Assembly: GCF_964355755.1 (NCBI RefSeq)
Contig: NC_092677.1
Location: 15,646,101 to 15,710,100, forward strand
Length of the DNA stretch: 64,000 nt
Direction: 5' to 3'
Source of the DNA: Antedon mediterranea
Lineage: Eukaryota; Animalia; Echinodermata
In this document: one piece after another, positions 25,601-39,576 of the stretch
Layout of the letters: the number at the start of each line of letters is the position of its first letter
How positions within the stretch are numbered: the first letter of the stretch is position 1
Made by a program: the position numbers and the translations under genes
The notes under the pieces: model-generated
What the model was told of the DNA's origin: nothing
Seen by the model: the letters and a program-made list of their open reading frames with translations, nothing else
Databases searched by the model: none

Positions 25601-28600
25601 TGATACTGAGATTCTCCATATCTCCGAATCATTTGTTCTACTGTACTTACTAAAAATGTTGTAGTAAAAAGTTAACAGTGGCATATTAATGGCACTCACC
25701 AGCTAAACCCAGGGGTCCTTAGAGCTTAAGGGGCCCCAGTGCATGAGCAATGCAACTACCAAGCGTTGAAGCAATGCTAAACCATGCTTTTTTCCTCTGC
25801 GGTAAATCCAGTCAAAAGAAAGACTGGAAGTTGACTACTAAATCCCATTTATATTTTGTCTAATTGTTCTTTTTAATTGTTTGAGGATGTAGAGTAAAGA
25901 TGTAGAGAATAACAAATTTCTAAAGCAATTTTTCTTTTATAATCAGATAATATAAATTCTGTTTTGTAATTTTGTCTATTGATATGAAAAATTGAACGGA
26001 TGAATTTCTTTGTGAGAATCAGATATGCAATAACCAAATTTTAAAATAAATGTAATTTATTTTGTTTTAAATATAATCATGTTTATTTTGTTGTGATAAT
26101 AAATTTTATTTTCAATTCTAAACCTACAACAGCAATAGAAATGTTGTATTTAGATTATTAAGTTTAAATCGAGCAATATTTACAGTAAGCACAGCATGTC
26201 CCTTCTAGGAAGTCCTGTAATGTTTTGCACGACATCTCCACTCCACATTGTTCCCGATTCCAGCATGCTCTCCTTCTTGCTGCGTCTTTTAAATCCAGAA
26301 TCGAATGAATTTATACCGGCCCCAGGTTTACGCTTATCAATAAATCTCTTACAGGACACAAACTCCACTCACACATTGTAAATGATCGAATAAACGTTTC
26401 AATGATTAATTATAAAGTTTGTTCCAAAAAGATGCATAGTTGTTGAAGTCGAAAAGCGGCAGAGGATCTCATAATGTTCAAAATTGCGATCCACTTCCCA
26501 ATATCCATGATCCGCCCCGGATTAGAAAGACCAACTTAATTTTCAAATCGATTCAAAATAGGTCAATTATGTTTTTTTTTATTTAACATGGTACATGTTC
26601 ACTCGACCATTTACAGTCACACATCACTGAACACAACGCTAATCTCGCAAATTCTTACGCGACAACAAGGAATTTCAATTAAATTTAATCATTTATTTAA
26701 AAATTTTGAGAAATTTAACATCCCGCATTAACAAATCACATAGTGTCACATCACACCAATCGATAGTATACAATGTATTAAACAAAATAAAATTTTAAAA
26801 ATTATATAAAATGGAGAAAATTACCTGTCCATGCACAAATGCTTCTCGTGTCGTTCAAGCATGTTTTTGGGAATGCTCCGCATACAGTATTGGCAATCTG
26901 TTGGCAGTTCACCGATGGCCTTCTCGACAGCTAGATTGCGGCTGCACAGGTTTTTGTTGATTTCGCATCTGCAGTTTGGACAAGAGGCCGTCTCATCTTT
27001 CAACCGTGCATCTGCCAGTAAATGTGTGAAACAGCCTGCACACATTAAATGCCCGTTGATGCACTGTCAAGGAAAAAGAAACGCATTTTGTAAAGCTATT
27101 ATGTAAATGACCAAATGTGAAATTTACAGTACAATCTCAAAAACATAACTACAATTTCAATTCAAGTCTGTAGTACTGTAAGTCTTTTTTATGTTATAGT
27201 CTTCAATTTTTGTCTGCTCAAGTAGTATTTGAAACACCATTTGTGTCAAAATACTTGCCTTTTTACTAAACTTTGTCTAGAACCTAGACTAGGAAGGTAG
27301 TAAGAACAGTCAGTCATAGCACGGTAGCAAACAATTTTTTGGCAATAAAAAAAAAAAATAAAATTGCAGCACAAGCCTTAATTTTCATGAAGCGAGTTTA
27401 GTCCTAGGCCTACTATTTCACTTCCCTACTGGTCTCTACAGTAGATTGAAAAGAACACCTCAGCAAAAAATTGTTTTTCAAACCCTCAAACACTTGCAGC
27501 ATATAAATATATATTTTAAATGCAACAATGCACTTAACAGTTAACTGTGGCATAAATTGTTCTCTACACTTGGTTGCTGACAAGTTTCACAGTGTGTTGA
27601 AATTGCCAATTGAACCATAATGCTATGCCAGCCTCATTAGCTATGCACACATTGGTTTTAAAACATAACAGCTGAAATATACTTCACTATAATAATTTAA
27701 GTCGGAATATTATATATATATAAGTATGATGGAAAGTAAACAACATTTTTAATTATTTAAAGTTGTTCTGTGATTAAATGTTTTTCTATTTCCAGATGCA
27801 GCTTCTTAGACCCAATTTAAATTACAATTGGTCCTAGATCGGCCCAAATTATTCATTTAGGCCAGATCCAGCATGATTACACTTGCTTTCCAAATGCCCT
27901 AAAGATTCATTTTCTCAAGCCATAGTTAGTTCACTACATAAGCGGGCTCAAGTGTAAAACCTGCTCCTTGACCTACTGGAGAGGTGGTCCAGATCTGCAT
28001 CTGGCCCAGGGCTGGCCTACTTTTACACTTCCTGATTGGCAACCCAGGGCTGGTCCAAATCTTAAATGGGGTGTTCAAACTTAAACTTAATGACCTGAAT
28101 ATTTATTGGCATTACGTTCCTACTAGGACGTGATTGGTTAATTGAAATCTGAATGGACTTCATTGTCATCTTTAAATATATTCTTATCCTTGATGTTCAC
28201 GGTCATATTGATAAATTGTTTTGCGTGTAACTTGTAAGCCTATTTCAAATACATCATGATTGCATGGACATATATCTAGCAATGAATGAATATTAATCGT
28301 TGTTAAAAATGTCAATGAATTTTGCTAGTTGCAAAACCAAGTCTTGCAGTAGCAACCCATTGTCACTTCCTTACAGAAATAACCACTGGGCTAAACTTTC
28401 AATTAGCCATCCTATGCTTTACTCCAAATTGTCTGGCACTTAGGTGATAAAACATTGATCAGTTTGGATAAATTATATTAGTGTGGTGTATGAATTGACA
28501 GTGTGTAATATCTGAATGCCTGGAAGTTATCACCTCAGTGACCCCAGTCTAAAAATGGAATCATCCCAATTAGCATATTTGGATCTGTTCCAATTTCAAA

Positions 28601-29799
28601 AGCATCAATAAGGTCAACTTTGGTTTGGTCAATAGAGAACAATTTCCAGTTGCTATTTTGCTATTAGAAAACCTCCCATTATTTTGAACTGGCACATCAT
28701 TTTTGTGTGTGTGTGGGGGGGGGGGGGGGGGAGGTATTTGAAGAGGATTGATTTTAAAATATTGAAACATACATCCAGGAGATATTTTTATAACTGCCAT
28801 ATTTTCTTTCATAAAATTGTGTGTGGGATGTTTATTAGGAACACAAAACTGACTGGAATGCAAAGGGTGTGTCATGCAATTGTTCAGCATCATTCACAAT
28901 TTTTATTTTCTCAGCATGCAGCTGGCTGTGATGTGGAAGCAGATTAAGAATGTATACCATATGACAATACAATGGTCACATAGTACATTATCATGAAAAA
29001 GAATTTTTGCTACTGTTGTAGGCCTATATTTTTCCAGACATGTTGTGTAGTGTTCTGAGAACTGACTAGGTTTTTATTTTGCAATTCATACATATTTGCA
29101 TATCATATGCAATATGTATGTATTGCAAAATTAAAAATGTTTAAATTTTTGTTTGTAAAGTGTATAAAAAAACTGTACAACCAACTTCAATTGAGTAACA
29201 TCCCACATCCAAAAAACAAGTGGATATATTTTCCCTTGTTTGTTTACCATTGAGGAATTATTAAGCATTAAAAGTAACCTCCGCACAAAACCACATCCCG
29301 TGTATATGTATGAGAAAACCTTCCATTCATTCAACTTCGACTTAAAATATGCCTACCTAATTATTAAACTAGTAAATTATTTTAGTAAAATAGAAAAATA
29401 TCATTCTCGCATTATAAATATATATTATGTTATATTATTATATCCATTTAAATGTTACATGTAATGCAAAGTCTTATTTACAATCATGAAAATACCAAGT
29501 CAAATAAGAAAGAAACCTGACACGTTGACTGTATTATGAGGTATCATGATTTGCAGCCTAGCCTACACCCAACAACTCACTTGGTAAACGACGGCTGTGG
29601 GCAGGTCTAAGCAGACCGAACAGCAGAGAATTCCATTTAACCTCTGTTCAAGTTGCTCTTCATTTAATGGCGTAGGATCATCAACTTTACACCTTTTCTT
29701 TACTGGTTCTCCTAGATCAACATTTGTGTCATCTTCTACGCTGGAATTTGGAACTTCTTGGACGATTTCAACCGAAGAAACAGCTGGCTGTGACGCCAT
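22698..29799 (-). CDS. ZFTRAF1: Zinc finger TRAF-type-containing protein 1 (cysteine/histidine-rich protein 1), 354 aa, 4 coding exons
   Basis: Exons 29799-29581 (MASQ...[24 protein letters not shown]), 27063-26825 ([24 protein letters not shown]...[14 protein letters not shown]), 24581-24370 ([14 protein letters not shown]...[10 protein letters not shown]), 23092-22698 ([23 protein letters not shown]...FQVPK*). Total 1065 nt, in frame; RING-like plus TRAF zinc-finger motifs typical of CYHR1. Confidence 0.95.
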
Positions 29800-32700
29800 T
29801 ATTAAAATTTTTAAGTGCAAGCCTACTTTTTTTTATCTGGTTTGTTGACGTTTTGCTGAACTCCCCTCTACAAAAATGACGTTATGTACAGCCAATCATA
29901 ACACACATCTATTATATTCAAATGAATTGGTTAATTAACCAATCCACGGGACTGTGCCATTACTGTAATGAATATTCATCAGTTTAACCATTTTGAGAAT
30001 AGGTAAATTGTAAAGTAAAATGGACATACTACGTCTGTTTATAAGTAATAATTAAATAAAAAATTGGCATAGTAAAAAAAAAAAGTAATATAAAATATTT
30101 TTCTTACAATAATATAAATATTCATTTTAAATATCACGTAATTAAAAAATGAAAAACCAAGCCTTTCCCTTTACCACACCCAGAAATGGATTCATCCACA
30201 TTTGTTAAATCAAGCGAGATAATTGAGGCCACGTCACACGATTACCTCACGTGCATTTGTTTACGTGGTGAATTTCATTGTTCAGTTTACTAAACACCAA
30301 TTATTAGTGCAATAAAAATATACTATATCTATCAAACTATTATTTTTCCAGGGTCGCGATATGCCAGTAAAAATATTCATCGATTAATTGCATAATGCAT
30401 GCAATATGGCAATATTTAATATTAGGGAATTGTCCATTTTATGAGAGGGTGTATACATTTATTTTTTGTCAAAGAAAAACCCAAATCGATGATTCCTTAT
30501 GATCTCTACCAATTTTTTCTCGTTTCAATATAACACCAGTGGTGTGCCCTACCTACAATATTAATCTAACGTCATGTTCACTGATTTACGAGAAGTGTAT
30601 CTTAAGAAAAATTTATAATAGTATGAAAGACCCCACCCATCCGTTACATTATACTGTTTCATTAATAGATTTAGCATGAGGCTACAGCCATAAAAGGCCA
30701 ATTTTATAGAACTATGAGGTTCTTGGTTGTTGTAAAAAGCATTCATATGCATAATGCAATGTTTGACAATAACTCTATACTGTAATTTTTGTTCTGAATT
30801 TTATTCATAAAAAGTATTTTAACATTAGCCTATTAACCATACTTTAATATTGGCATCATAATAGCGTTGATATATTTTTCTTGTAGCATTTTATTTATAA
30901 TTAAATTGGACCAATAACATTTCTTGAAGAGACGAAATAGTTATTGGATAAAAAAATGCAGACGATAGGTAATTTTATACCCATACCAATTAAAACTATA
31001 ACAAAAACAACTACAGAGTACTGTATTTACAACACAAATTACAGTTGTTCAGTTTATTCATATTAGTCAAGATACAGTTATTGCAAATCATATTCAAGTT
31101 TGAAGTTACTCCTAGAAAAGTTTCCTAGCAAAGGTAGAGAATTACAAAAAACAGGGTTCTTAGAAAAGGACTTGTTACAGACTCTGTTTTCAACAAGTAA
31201 TAAACTTGTCTGCATCCATTCTAATACATATTACTGTACTGGTTCTGCTTCCCTGAAACATGAGGATATATTGTCCAATTGTTTTACACATAATGATTTT
31301 TCATTCCCCGTTTTGTTTTTTTACATATTATTCACCAACTTTTAATATGTAACTGTAAATATTGCCAACAACCAATTTGATATAATACAGGATAGTTAAA
31401 CTAGAGAAACATTTTAAATAGTACTTTTAACTTCTCATCAATTAATTTACCGCTAGACCAGCAGTATAATTTTCAAGAACTTGTATAAAAGGTCCGTCAC
31501 ACCTGCTCCTGTCTGCATCAGATTGAGTGTACATACAGCATCAGCATGTTTTCGTTTCCATGACGTGTCACGCACATATGCAGCAAATCGCGTCATAAAA
31601 AAAAGAAAAATGTTGACACGATTGATGGTATCTACCATGCCTGCGTTGGAACAGGTGTGAAAGGCCCTTTAGGCATGGAAAATAATATTAAATGGTTCTC
31701 ATAAGCACCTCTCAAAATGTTAATGCAAGATTTTTGTAAAATATCATCTTTCATTACCAGAATTTAATCGTATGTGGCAACCTAGACAGGTTAGTCCTAG
31801 ACATTTAATTTCATTTTAACCATCAATCACCCTAAAGTACTTTTAGTTTTTTTTTTTTTATATGTGAACTTTATTGCGTGCAACACGATTCTACAGCTCA
31901 CTATGTTGGTCGGTAGGTAAATACTAACTTGATCACACGACTGCAGCAATGTATATGGCCTTGTTTCTTTTAAAAAGATGAAGTTTTTGATGCAGGGAAA
32001 AATGTGCACATAAAGACAGCGGACGAGAACCGTCCGAATTCATTTCGCATAGCCCAGGTATCTAAAATTACACATCACGCCCTTAGTGCAGGAATAGACC
32101 ACTGCCAAAAATATTATGGTTAAATATGGCATTTATTTTCATTAATCAATTAGTATTTAATGGCAATATTTAAATTTCTTAACACTTGACAATAACATAC
32201 ATTTTAACTAATTAGAAATTACCCTTTCCAACAATCAAATTAATTTTATTTTTTGTTCAATACTTAATATATGCAAACATTAATTTATCATATGCAAACA
32301 TTAGTACTATTAAAAGTACCATATGTAAGTTCATTTATTTTTTTGAAAAAAATGGCAAAGAAAGAATTAATCAAATAGTCACATGATTAAATCGAGTACT
32401 AGAACTGATGAAACGCATTTAACAGTAGAACCTCAATTAAGGGGACACTTACAGGACTCAACAAAGTGTGTGTGTGTCCCCTCAATAGGGGTTGGACCTA
32501 TTATCATACATTTCAAAGGAAATGGTCTCCTAAAGGAGTGGTTCACTTGAATAAAATAGTTCAAGACCAAAAAAATAAGGAAATGAAAGAAAAAAAAATA
32601 CAGATATTAAGTAGATTTAGTAAGTGGCTATCTAATTTATACTATCTATAAAATAAACTGCGTAGGTTTCCTTTTACGACGCCATACGCACTTGAGAAAC

Positions 32701-32812
32701 TTTACTAGGATAGCACTGAAATCCACTGTAAAATTGCTAATGTTGACTTTCCCCTCCTTCGGTTTGCTTGTCTCCACCCATTGATCAGGAGGCTTAGACC
32801 ATACATGGAAGT

Positions 32813-35800
32813 TCACTCGTCGCCGGAGCCAGTGCTGCGTTTGGTGCGGCGACGTGGAGACTTGCGGGGGGAAGGGGTCTTTTCTAAATAAAGAGAGAAA
32901 AATCGTATAAAAAATAGTAGTGGTAAGTTGTCACTAAAATTACCCACATCATGAAATTAGCATTAAAATGCTATACTATTTGTTCCGAATTTCATTTTCG
33001 TTTCTGCCTAGCATTAGACATCGTCTAAATGACCCTACACAACCCCAATCATGAATTCAGCTTAGCAAGCAAATCTCATGGTAATTGTCTCATAGTAGAT
33101 ACATCTCAATTTCACAAAGAGTACCCTCAATAGAATAGCAATACTTACTTGGTATGAGTGCTTCCTTTGGGATCCAGTCCATATCAACATCATCATGGTT
33201 CTGTGTGCCCATTTCTAGTGGTTTAGATGGTGCCTTACGTTTCTTCTAAAAAACAAAACATGATTGTGGATATTATCAAAGAATTATTCAAATTCCTCTA
33301 CCATACATAATCAAGCCCTTCAATTAAAAAGAGAGCGAACATGCTGGTGCTTTAAGATTCTATAGTCTAATCCGTTTTTCTTCTCCATACCACTCATTCA
33401 TAAACAATAATTATTTTTATAATAAAGGTATATACTTTTTTGTCCTTTTTATCCCTATGAAACCATTTTGTTACCACATTATGCTCTAATAAGTCAATTG
33501 ATACAGGAGAGAATGTCTACACTAATCTTTTTTATTGACTTGGGAAATACTTACACCAAACGAAGCAATTAGTTGCTGAAGGCCGAATAGAATAAGAATG
33601 ATAAGCGCTGCAAGAAACACGTACATGAAAAATCTGCAAAAGTAATGAATAAACAATGTTTAAAGTAAGATTACAATATGTGCATTTCTTCTATTATCCT
33701 AGCTTTTATGAATCCCATCCATGCTCTACAGCCATAATCAACAATGTAGTACTAATCCTGGGTGAAACCAAGTATCAATAACCATAATAATGGTAATTAC
33801 AAATTTTTCAATACTACTTAGAGCAATAATAAATACACACTTACGTCTCTGTATCTAGGCCTTCATCAATTTCAATCATTGTTACAGTTTCATTAAAAAT
33901 AGCATCAAAGAATAAGTTATTTTCCTGTAAGAAAGTGTGTAATATTTGTTTATTTCTTCTTTATAAAAGACTGAACACAAAATTCACAAATTGGCAGTAA
34001 TTAATATTGCTTATATAGCTCTTTTCCACATTGATCAAAGAGCTTTGCACATTTACAAGATAAATTAGGTAACAATTAAAAATTTAAATATAAAATACAG
34101 ATCTCACAATTAAAAAATACTTGGGAAATAGATTTTTAAAAGCATGTGCAAATACTTACTGCGTCTTTGTAAAAGAGTTCTACTACAAATCCAAAAGGTC
34201 GTGAAGCGAACACCTCATTGACCTGAAACTGATACTCAAGCGTGGCTTCTTTACCCGGTTCAATGACGGTGTAATAGGCAATTGTTGAAAACTGAAAAAA
34301 TGAAGGTGAGAAACAATTATACTCTGCAACTTAATGCAAAATTCAATATAAGAGTTTACAATTGGTAAAATAGCTAAAGCTTGGTTCCCACTACGATACA
34401 ACTAAAGTAACAACCAATCACGACATTAAATTACTTGCGTAGTGTCCTAGTCGGAACCATTCTTTAAAAGGTTTTATTCACTTGCTGACTATTATATTTC
34501 CTCATTTTAAGGGTGCACTATCATCAAGCTCTTTTAGAGTTTTTATGTGTTTCCCTTTCATCATCTCTTTATCGACTTGTTTTTCTTATTCTGTTTTCTT
34601 TATATTTGAATAAAGAGTAAATTGATTTGAATTCAGAAGACTAGCTTTAATTTTAAAGTTAAAATTGTTAAAAAAAAGTTTTTAAAAAAAGATTAACATA
34701 TAGTTAATGGGGTGAGACAAAGACAAACTTGATGTCTAATTACCAGCCAACAGTAGCAATAAAACGAAACTGTTTAATGTCCTCAGATACTGATTTGAAA
34801 TCATGTCCGCAAAACCACAAGACACGAGTTCTATACAGAACAAACCAAGCAGCATCAGAGGAGATCCACCAGCGATGGAAATACTCCATCAACTAATAAA
34901 CCTCAACCAACACGGATTGGACCATGCCAGGTGACAGAGCTGACTCAGTCCAAATGCCTAATTAACATCATTGGACAATAGACACATTTTAGCACCCTTA
35001 GCAGAGAGGCTAAGTGTAGTGCTGAAAGAGCTTAAATGATGGGCTGTAATCAGTTTGACTGCAGTAGAACTGCCTAAGGGCACACTTTAGGGATCCCAAA
35101 AAAATCCCTTTAATAGGGGTGTCGTGTGCTGGCTGTAGTGTTATAAAACATATATTCCACTTCATTTATTAATGTCCTCGTAATAGGGTTTACCAAAGAT
35201 GGGGTTCTACTATACTTGAACAAAGTTCCTTCAACCAATATTCAGAACTAAACATTGGTCTACGCCCTGTATGCTTTCATTATTGAGCTTACATTATGAA
35301 TATGGTAGTTGAACTCTTGTGGGTATCTCAATGAAGCTTGAACTGTGTCAACAATGAAGTTTGTGTTTCCTTTGTTGTTGAACCCAATGAGAAGCTGTAT
35401 ATGCTTGTTTACTGGAATCTCTGTTAACATAAATAATATAAAAAGTCTGATTAACAAAAAAGTAACAGGGTCGGTGTAGGAAGATTTAAAATACATGGTG
35501 TAAAGTAAAGTCCAATGGTAAAGGTGTAAAAACATTATATTAAAGGTGGGTTGGAAAAAGAAAATACTGTAATTCCAGGTATCTAGATTTGATATCAGGG
35601 CAGTGTTGAAATTAGGCTAAGTGGAACAAGGCCTTAAAATAAGCTTTAAAGGTAAGTGAAAACCACTGTAAAAAGGCTGTGGTGTCTCTCAGCCGAGCAC
35701 AATTATATCTGGATTGTGTTATTCAGAAATGAAAGAATTTGTTGTACAGTAGTACTGTAGTATAATAAGCATGTAATCTTTTCATTTTGTGTTAAACCAA

Positions 35801-37800
35801 CACATTCAATTTTACTATTGTGTTTACCAGGATATACAGTACCTATACTTATTCAGCTTTTTGTATAGAGAACAATACAAAACTGAAACATGCAGATATG
35901 GAAACGCATTGACATAGGTAACATTTTGTTGGAATAATTACAGAATAATCAACCTAGGAGATTTAAAGTGACAGCAGAATATTCTATACAAATTATTATA
36001 ACATATTTCTAAGACCAATGAAGCGTGTTTTTAATAAAAAAAAGATATTCTGAAATAAAATATTAACTATAGCCAGCTTCATTGAGACTACTGTACTAGA
36101 GGTAATGATACATACCTTGTTCAGACCATTTTGTGAACAGATATGAAACGTCAGCATCTGGAGATGGTTTCAACTTCTCTTCATCCTCCTCTTCTTCTGT
36201 TACATCAGTTTCTGCAGGCGCCGCATCTTCATCGGCCTCTTCTCCTTCCCCTTCATCTTCAACCTGAGCGTCTTCATCTTCTCCTTCAATAATATCTTCT
36301 ACTCTGTCATCTTCCTGCGCTCCAGCCACTAGAGAAGCAGTCTTGCCTGTAAAAAGGGTTAATTAATTACAGGAAGACTAGACCCTACATAAACTATATT
36401 AAAGCCCATTCCCTACGTTTTTTAGATCTAATTTAAGATCACAAACTATATTTAATGTAAAAATAATACTATATGGTCCTATTGCGATAACTTTTTTCGT
36501 CTTTAAACGGTTAAAAATGTGAAAAATAAGCCGATTCTAATAATTATAGCGGCCCGCTATAAATCCCAAAATGCATTGCGCGCGGATTGATATTTTTGTT
36601 TTTCACCTGTAATTCGCCCACTTTTCGATCGATCGTGAGGCCAAAACAAATGGAAGACTCCTAACTTTTCAGCGAAAATACCGGGTTTTCCCCAATTTGT
36701 ATCAACAGAGTCTGGCAAAAATAGAAAGACAATTAATGCAGCAACTATACAACGTCAGGCTAGGTATATAGCTCGCGTACGATGTTCGTACGTTACCGAT
36801 GTTTACCAGCTAGGCCTACAAAACTAAGCCTAGCTAGGCTAGGCCTAAGACCGTCCACGAGAGGTCGATCGCCGCGAGCTACTTAGGTAGTGCATTGTTT
36901 CTCACTTTTTATCATAATTTACCATAAAACGTACATTTAGGACAAGGAATGACATGGTTTAATGTTTTTAAAGTGATATATATGTATTATTTTCCAAAAA
37001 ACGTCCAAAATTGCAGGGAAGGGGTCTTTAAGATTTGCACTATTTTTATTTTTTAAATTAGTCTACACTGAGGAAGAGAAAACAAATTTGGAAGTTGTGA
37101 TTTTCTACGTTTTTATTGCATTTGAGGATGTTAATTTGAATATTATTTAAAAAAAAATAAAACATAAGCCTAGGCTAAGTAAAATTAAACTTAAATTAAC
37201 TGAAATATCTGGACAAAAAAACATTAATTATAGTATTAACTATTAATAATAATCCAGGACAAGCACTGCAAATGCATATCTATTGCACTGTTGCAGTGCT
37301 TGAATATATTATATATTAATATAATTGGTTAGTAAATGTTTTACTCAGATAACAATCATTAATAATAAGCTAGGCTAGGCCTACTAGGCTAGGATCAATT
37401 ATAATTTTCATACGATTACGTGGACAATCAACGTAACATGTCCACGTTTCCATACGTTGCCATACGATCAATAATGATTGGGCTTAATAAAAAGTTAAGA
37501 GTTAATACACTCGTGTATGTTTGCTTCCAGTTAAGCAACAGCCAGCCTAAATGCTTACAATGTTCCGTTAAATTTTACCTTCAACACAGTCTGTTGATCT
37601 ATGCCTAGCCTGTGTGTACCCATAAAAGAATGCCCAGCAGAGAGTACCTGTTGTACACGTAGCACTTTTGAGCAATACGGTACCGGTAAAATCTACACGA
37701 AAGAAATATTATTCAAAAGCTTACCATTTTTTACTAAAAGAATCGAAGCTGGCAAAACCAGCAATAGAAGCAGTATAAACTTTGGGGCTAACTTCCACAT
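32813..37800 (-). CDS. SSR1: Translocon-associated protein subunit alpha (TRAP-alpha / signal sequence receptor 1), 297 aa, 8 coding exons
   Basis: Exons 37800-37725 (MWKLAPKFILLLLLVLPASILL), 36346-36116 (acidic stretch, KPSPDAD), 35420-35293 (LLIGFNNKG...QASLRYPQEFNYHIHN), 34291-34160 (FST...KEATLEYQF...RPFG), 33924-33845 (DAIFNETV...EGLDTE), 33633-33555 (TM: FFMYVFLAAL), 33245-33149 (EMGTQNHDDVDMDWIP), 32883-32813 (SPRKSPRRRTKRSTGSGDE*). Total 894 nt, in frame. Confidence 0.96.
36403..37027. mobile_element. Kolobok-type non-autonomous element in SSR1 intron 1
   Basis: TTAA|AGCCCATTCCCTAC ... GCAGGGAAGGGGTCT|TTAA; imperfect TIRs and a CpG-rich interior. Confidence 0.55.
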
Positions 37801-38936
37801 CTCAAAAAATTGTATTTTAAGCCCCTATGGACCAGATGAAAGACGATTTAAAGAACACAACCAGCCGAGATACTCCGACTTCTGTAGCGTCGGCAATCGA
37901 AGAGACCGTTCAAATTGACCCCAAAGGTCAACATCAATTGTCCAATCAAATCGCAGAAACTAGTTTCCTATTAAAAAACGCGGGAAATTTGTAAACATTT
38001 CCATATAAATTAACAATAAAATACATACAGTAACAATATATACTGTACACCTAATATATATAATTTTTATTCAATCATTTATGTTAATTTTATAATGTTT
38101 ATAAAAAATGTTGTGCATGTGCAGACTTGAGTTTAAATTTAATCGATCAATCACGACTTTTCTGGTCGGAAACTTTCTCCCTCTCATTTGTAGAAAAAAT
38201 TAAGAGTCTCGGGCTTGCACATAAGGCTAGCGAACTAATAGCGTATGTATGCCTTGTATAAAAGTATAAATAATAATAAATATATATACTGTATACTGTA
38301 TCTTTAAAAATAAAATTAAAAAATCACAAGCCGATAGCAACAATTTTTCTAAGCAGTGTTTCTGTTTATTTCCATTACATTACAATGATTGTACACGTAA
38401 CATGTATGACAACCTTGTGTATCAGATGGTTATTAAAATAACGATGTACAAATGATATATTAAGTAAACAACACAGCCTAATTATGTATGTACTTGTAAT
38501 TATATATCAGGTGCGTGACGGTACCAATTTACATACAAGATCATTCTAGGTTTTGCGAGATTTTCAGAATTGCTAATTAATCATAAAAATGTATTCCTTA
38601 TGTTAAAATTGAATATCGCTGCACAGACCACTGCAATTTTATCACAATTGCATGTTTTGTGTCAAAAAGATTTCAGGATCTGATGTTAAAAAAGTCTTCA
38701 GAATGACTACAATGTATATTATTTAAAATATAAACCTTTGCAAACTACAACATTAACAAAAAAAAAAGACTTATTTCACGATAATCGTTTCATGATTCTT
38801 CACCGTTATCGATAAAATATGTAGGTTATATAAATATTGTTAACTTTTATTTAACTTGGAGCTACCCTTTAAGATTATATGGGTAATACAGTATACTTAA
38901 CAGCAATAGAATTCAGGCTCAAGATGCCAAACCATA

Positions 38937-39072
38937 AGCTCTGTCTACTCAGGTCTACACTATCAAACTTTATGTGACAAAAAAATGTGATGTGCCCATG
39001 TACAGTGGACACGATGATGTCATATACTATCATATTTGAGCACATCAATAGTTTGATGGTGTCGATAGAGCT
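38937..39072. mobile_element. PIF/Harbinger-type MITE (AGCTCTGTCTACACTATCAAA family)
   Basis: AGCTCTGTCTAC...CACTATCAAACT ... AGTTTGATGGTGTCGATAGAGCT|TTA; a related copy is at 51953-52073. Confidence 0.6.
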
Positions 39073-39444
39073 TTAGCACAAGTAGTGGTGGTACCCTATA
39101 CATTCTACATTGATAACTAGGATGTTTATACAAACAAAATATGACATTAATGTAACCGTCATAGCCAGCAAAGTTTTTACGATTGAATGAAAAGGAGCGA
39201 GTTTATACCACTTAGCTAAATTTGGCACCGTCACTTTTTTACACAATTTAACAGTTAGTAAAAACTTTCATAAGCAGTTAAAAACACACATCATAACGTT
39301 TCCTTCCCAAACAACATTTTTTTATGACTCAAAATAGATTACAAATTTTAAATATGTATAATATATATATATATATGTATTTATAGATCTCTCTAGGATA
39401 AAATCTGATATGTTGTAATGCTGATACAATAAGGTACTTTTGTA

Positions 39445-39576
39445 TAGTAAAACCTCTATTAAGGGGACACCTTTAAGAAACAACAAAGTTTCCTTTCAAT
39501 GTTCCAGTAAATAGTAATGTACTGATCCTATTATGTTTCTCACGGGATAGTGTCCCCTTAAGGAGAGGTTTCACTG
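39445..39576. mobile_element. Tc1/mariner-pogo-type MITE
   Basis: TA|tAGTAAAACCTCTATTAAGGGGACAC ... GTGTCCCCTTAAGGAGAGGTTTCACTG|TA; fragments also at about 32423 and 35062-35213. Confidence 0.7.

Noticed and set aside
26180-26381. Overlapping 61-62 aa ORFs, or a possible solo LTR (TGTAA...AATAAA...TTACA, 26216-26353) in ZFTRAF1 intron 2
   Set aside because: No good splice sites or recognisable protein. The flanks are inverted (GTCC/GGAC) rather than a direct TSD, so an LTR call is unsupported.
30228-30237. UPRE/XBP1-like TGACGTGG site upstream of ZFTRAF1
   Set aside because: A single 8-mer about 430 bp from the ATG; not supportable without conservation data.
32870-32883. 14-bp identity (GGGAAGGGGTCTTT) between the SSR1 last exon and the Kolobok TIR at 37016-37029
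   Set aside because: The exon encodes the conserved SSR1 tail and the match does not extend; most likely chance.
37601-37918. 105-aa plus-strand ORF
   Set aside because: Antisense shadow over SSR1 exon 1 and its promoter, with no recognisable motif.
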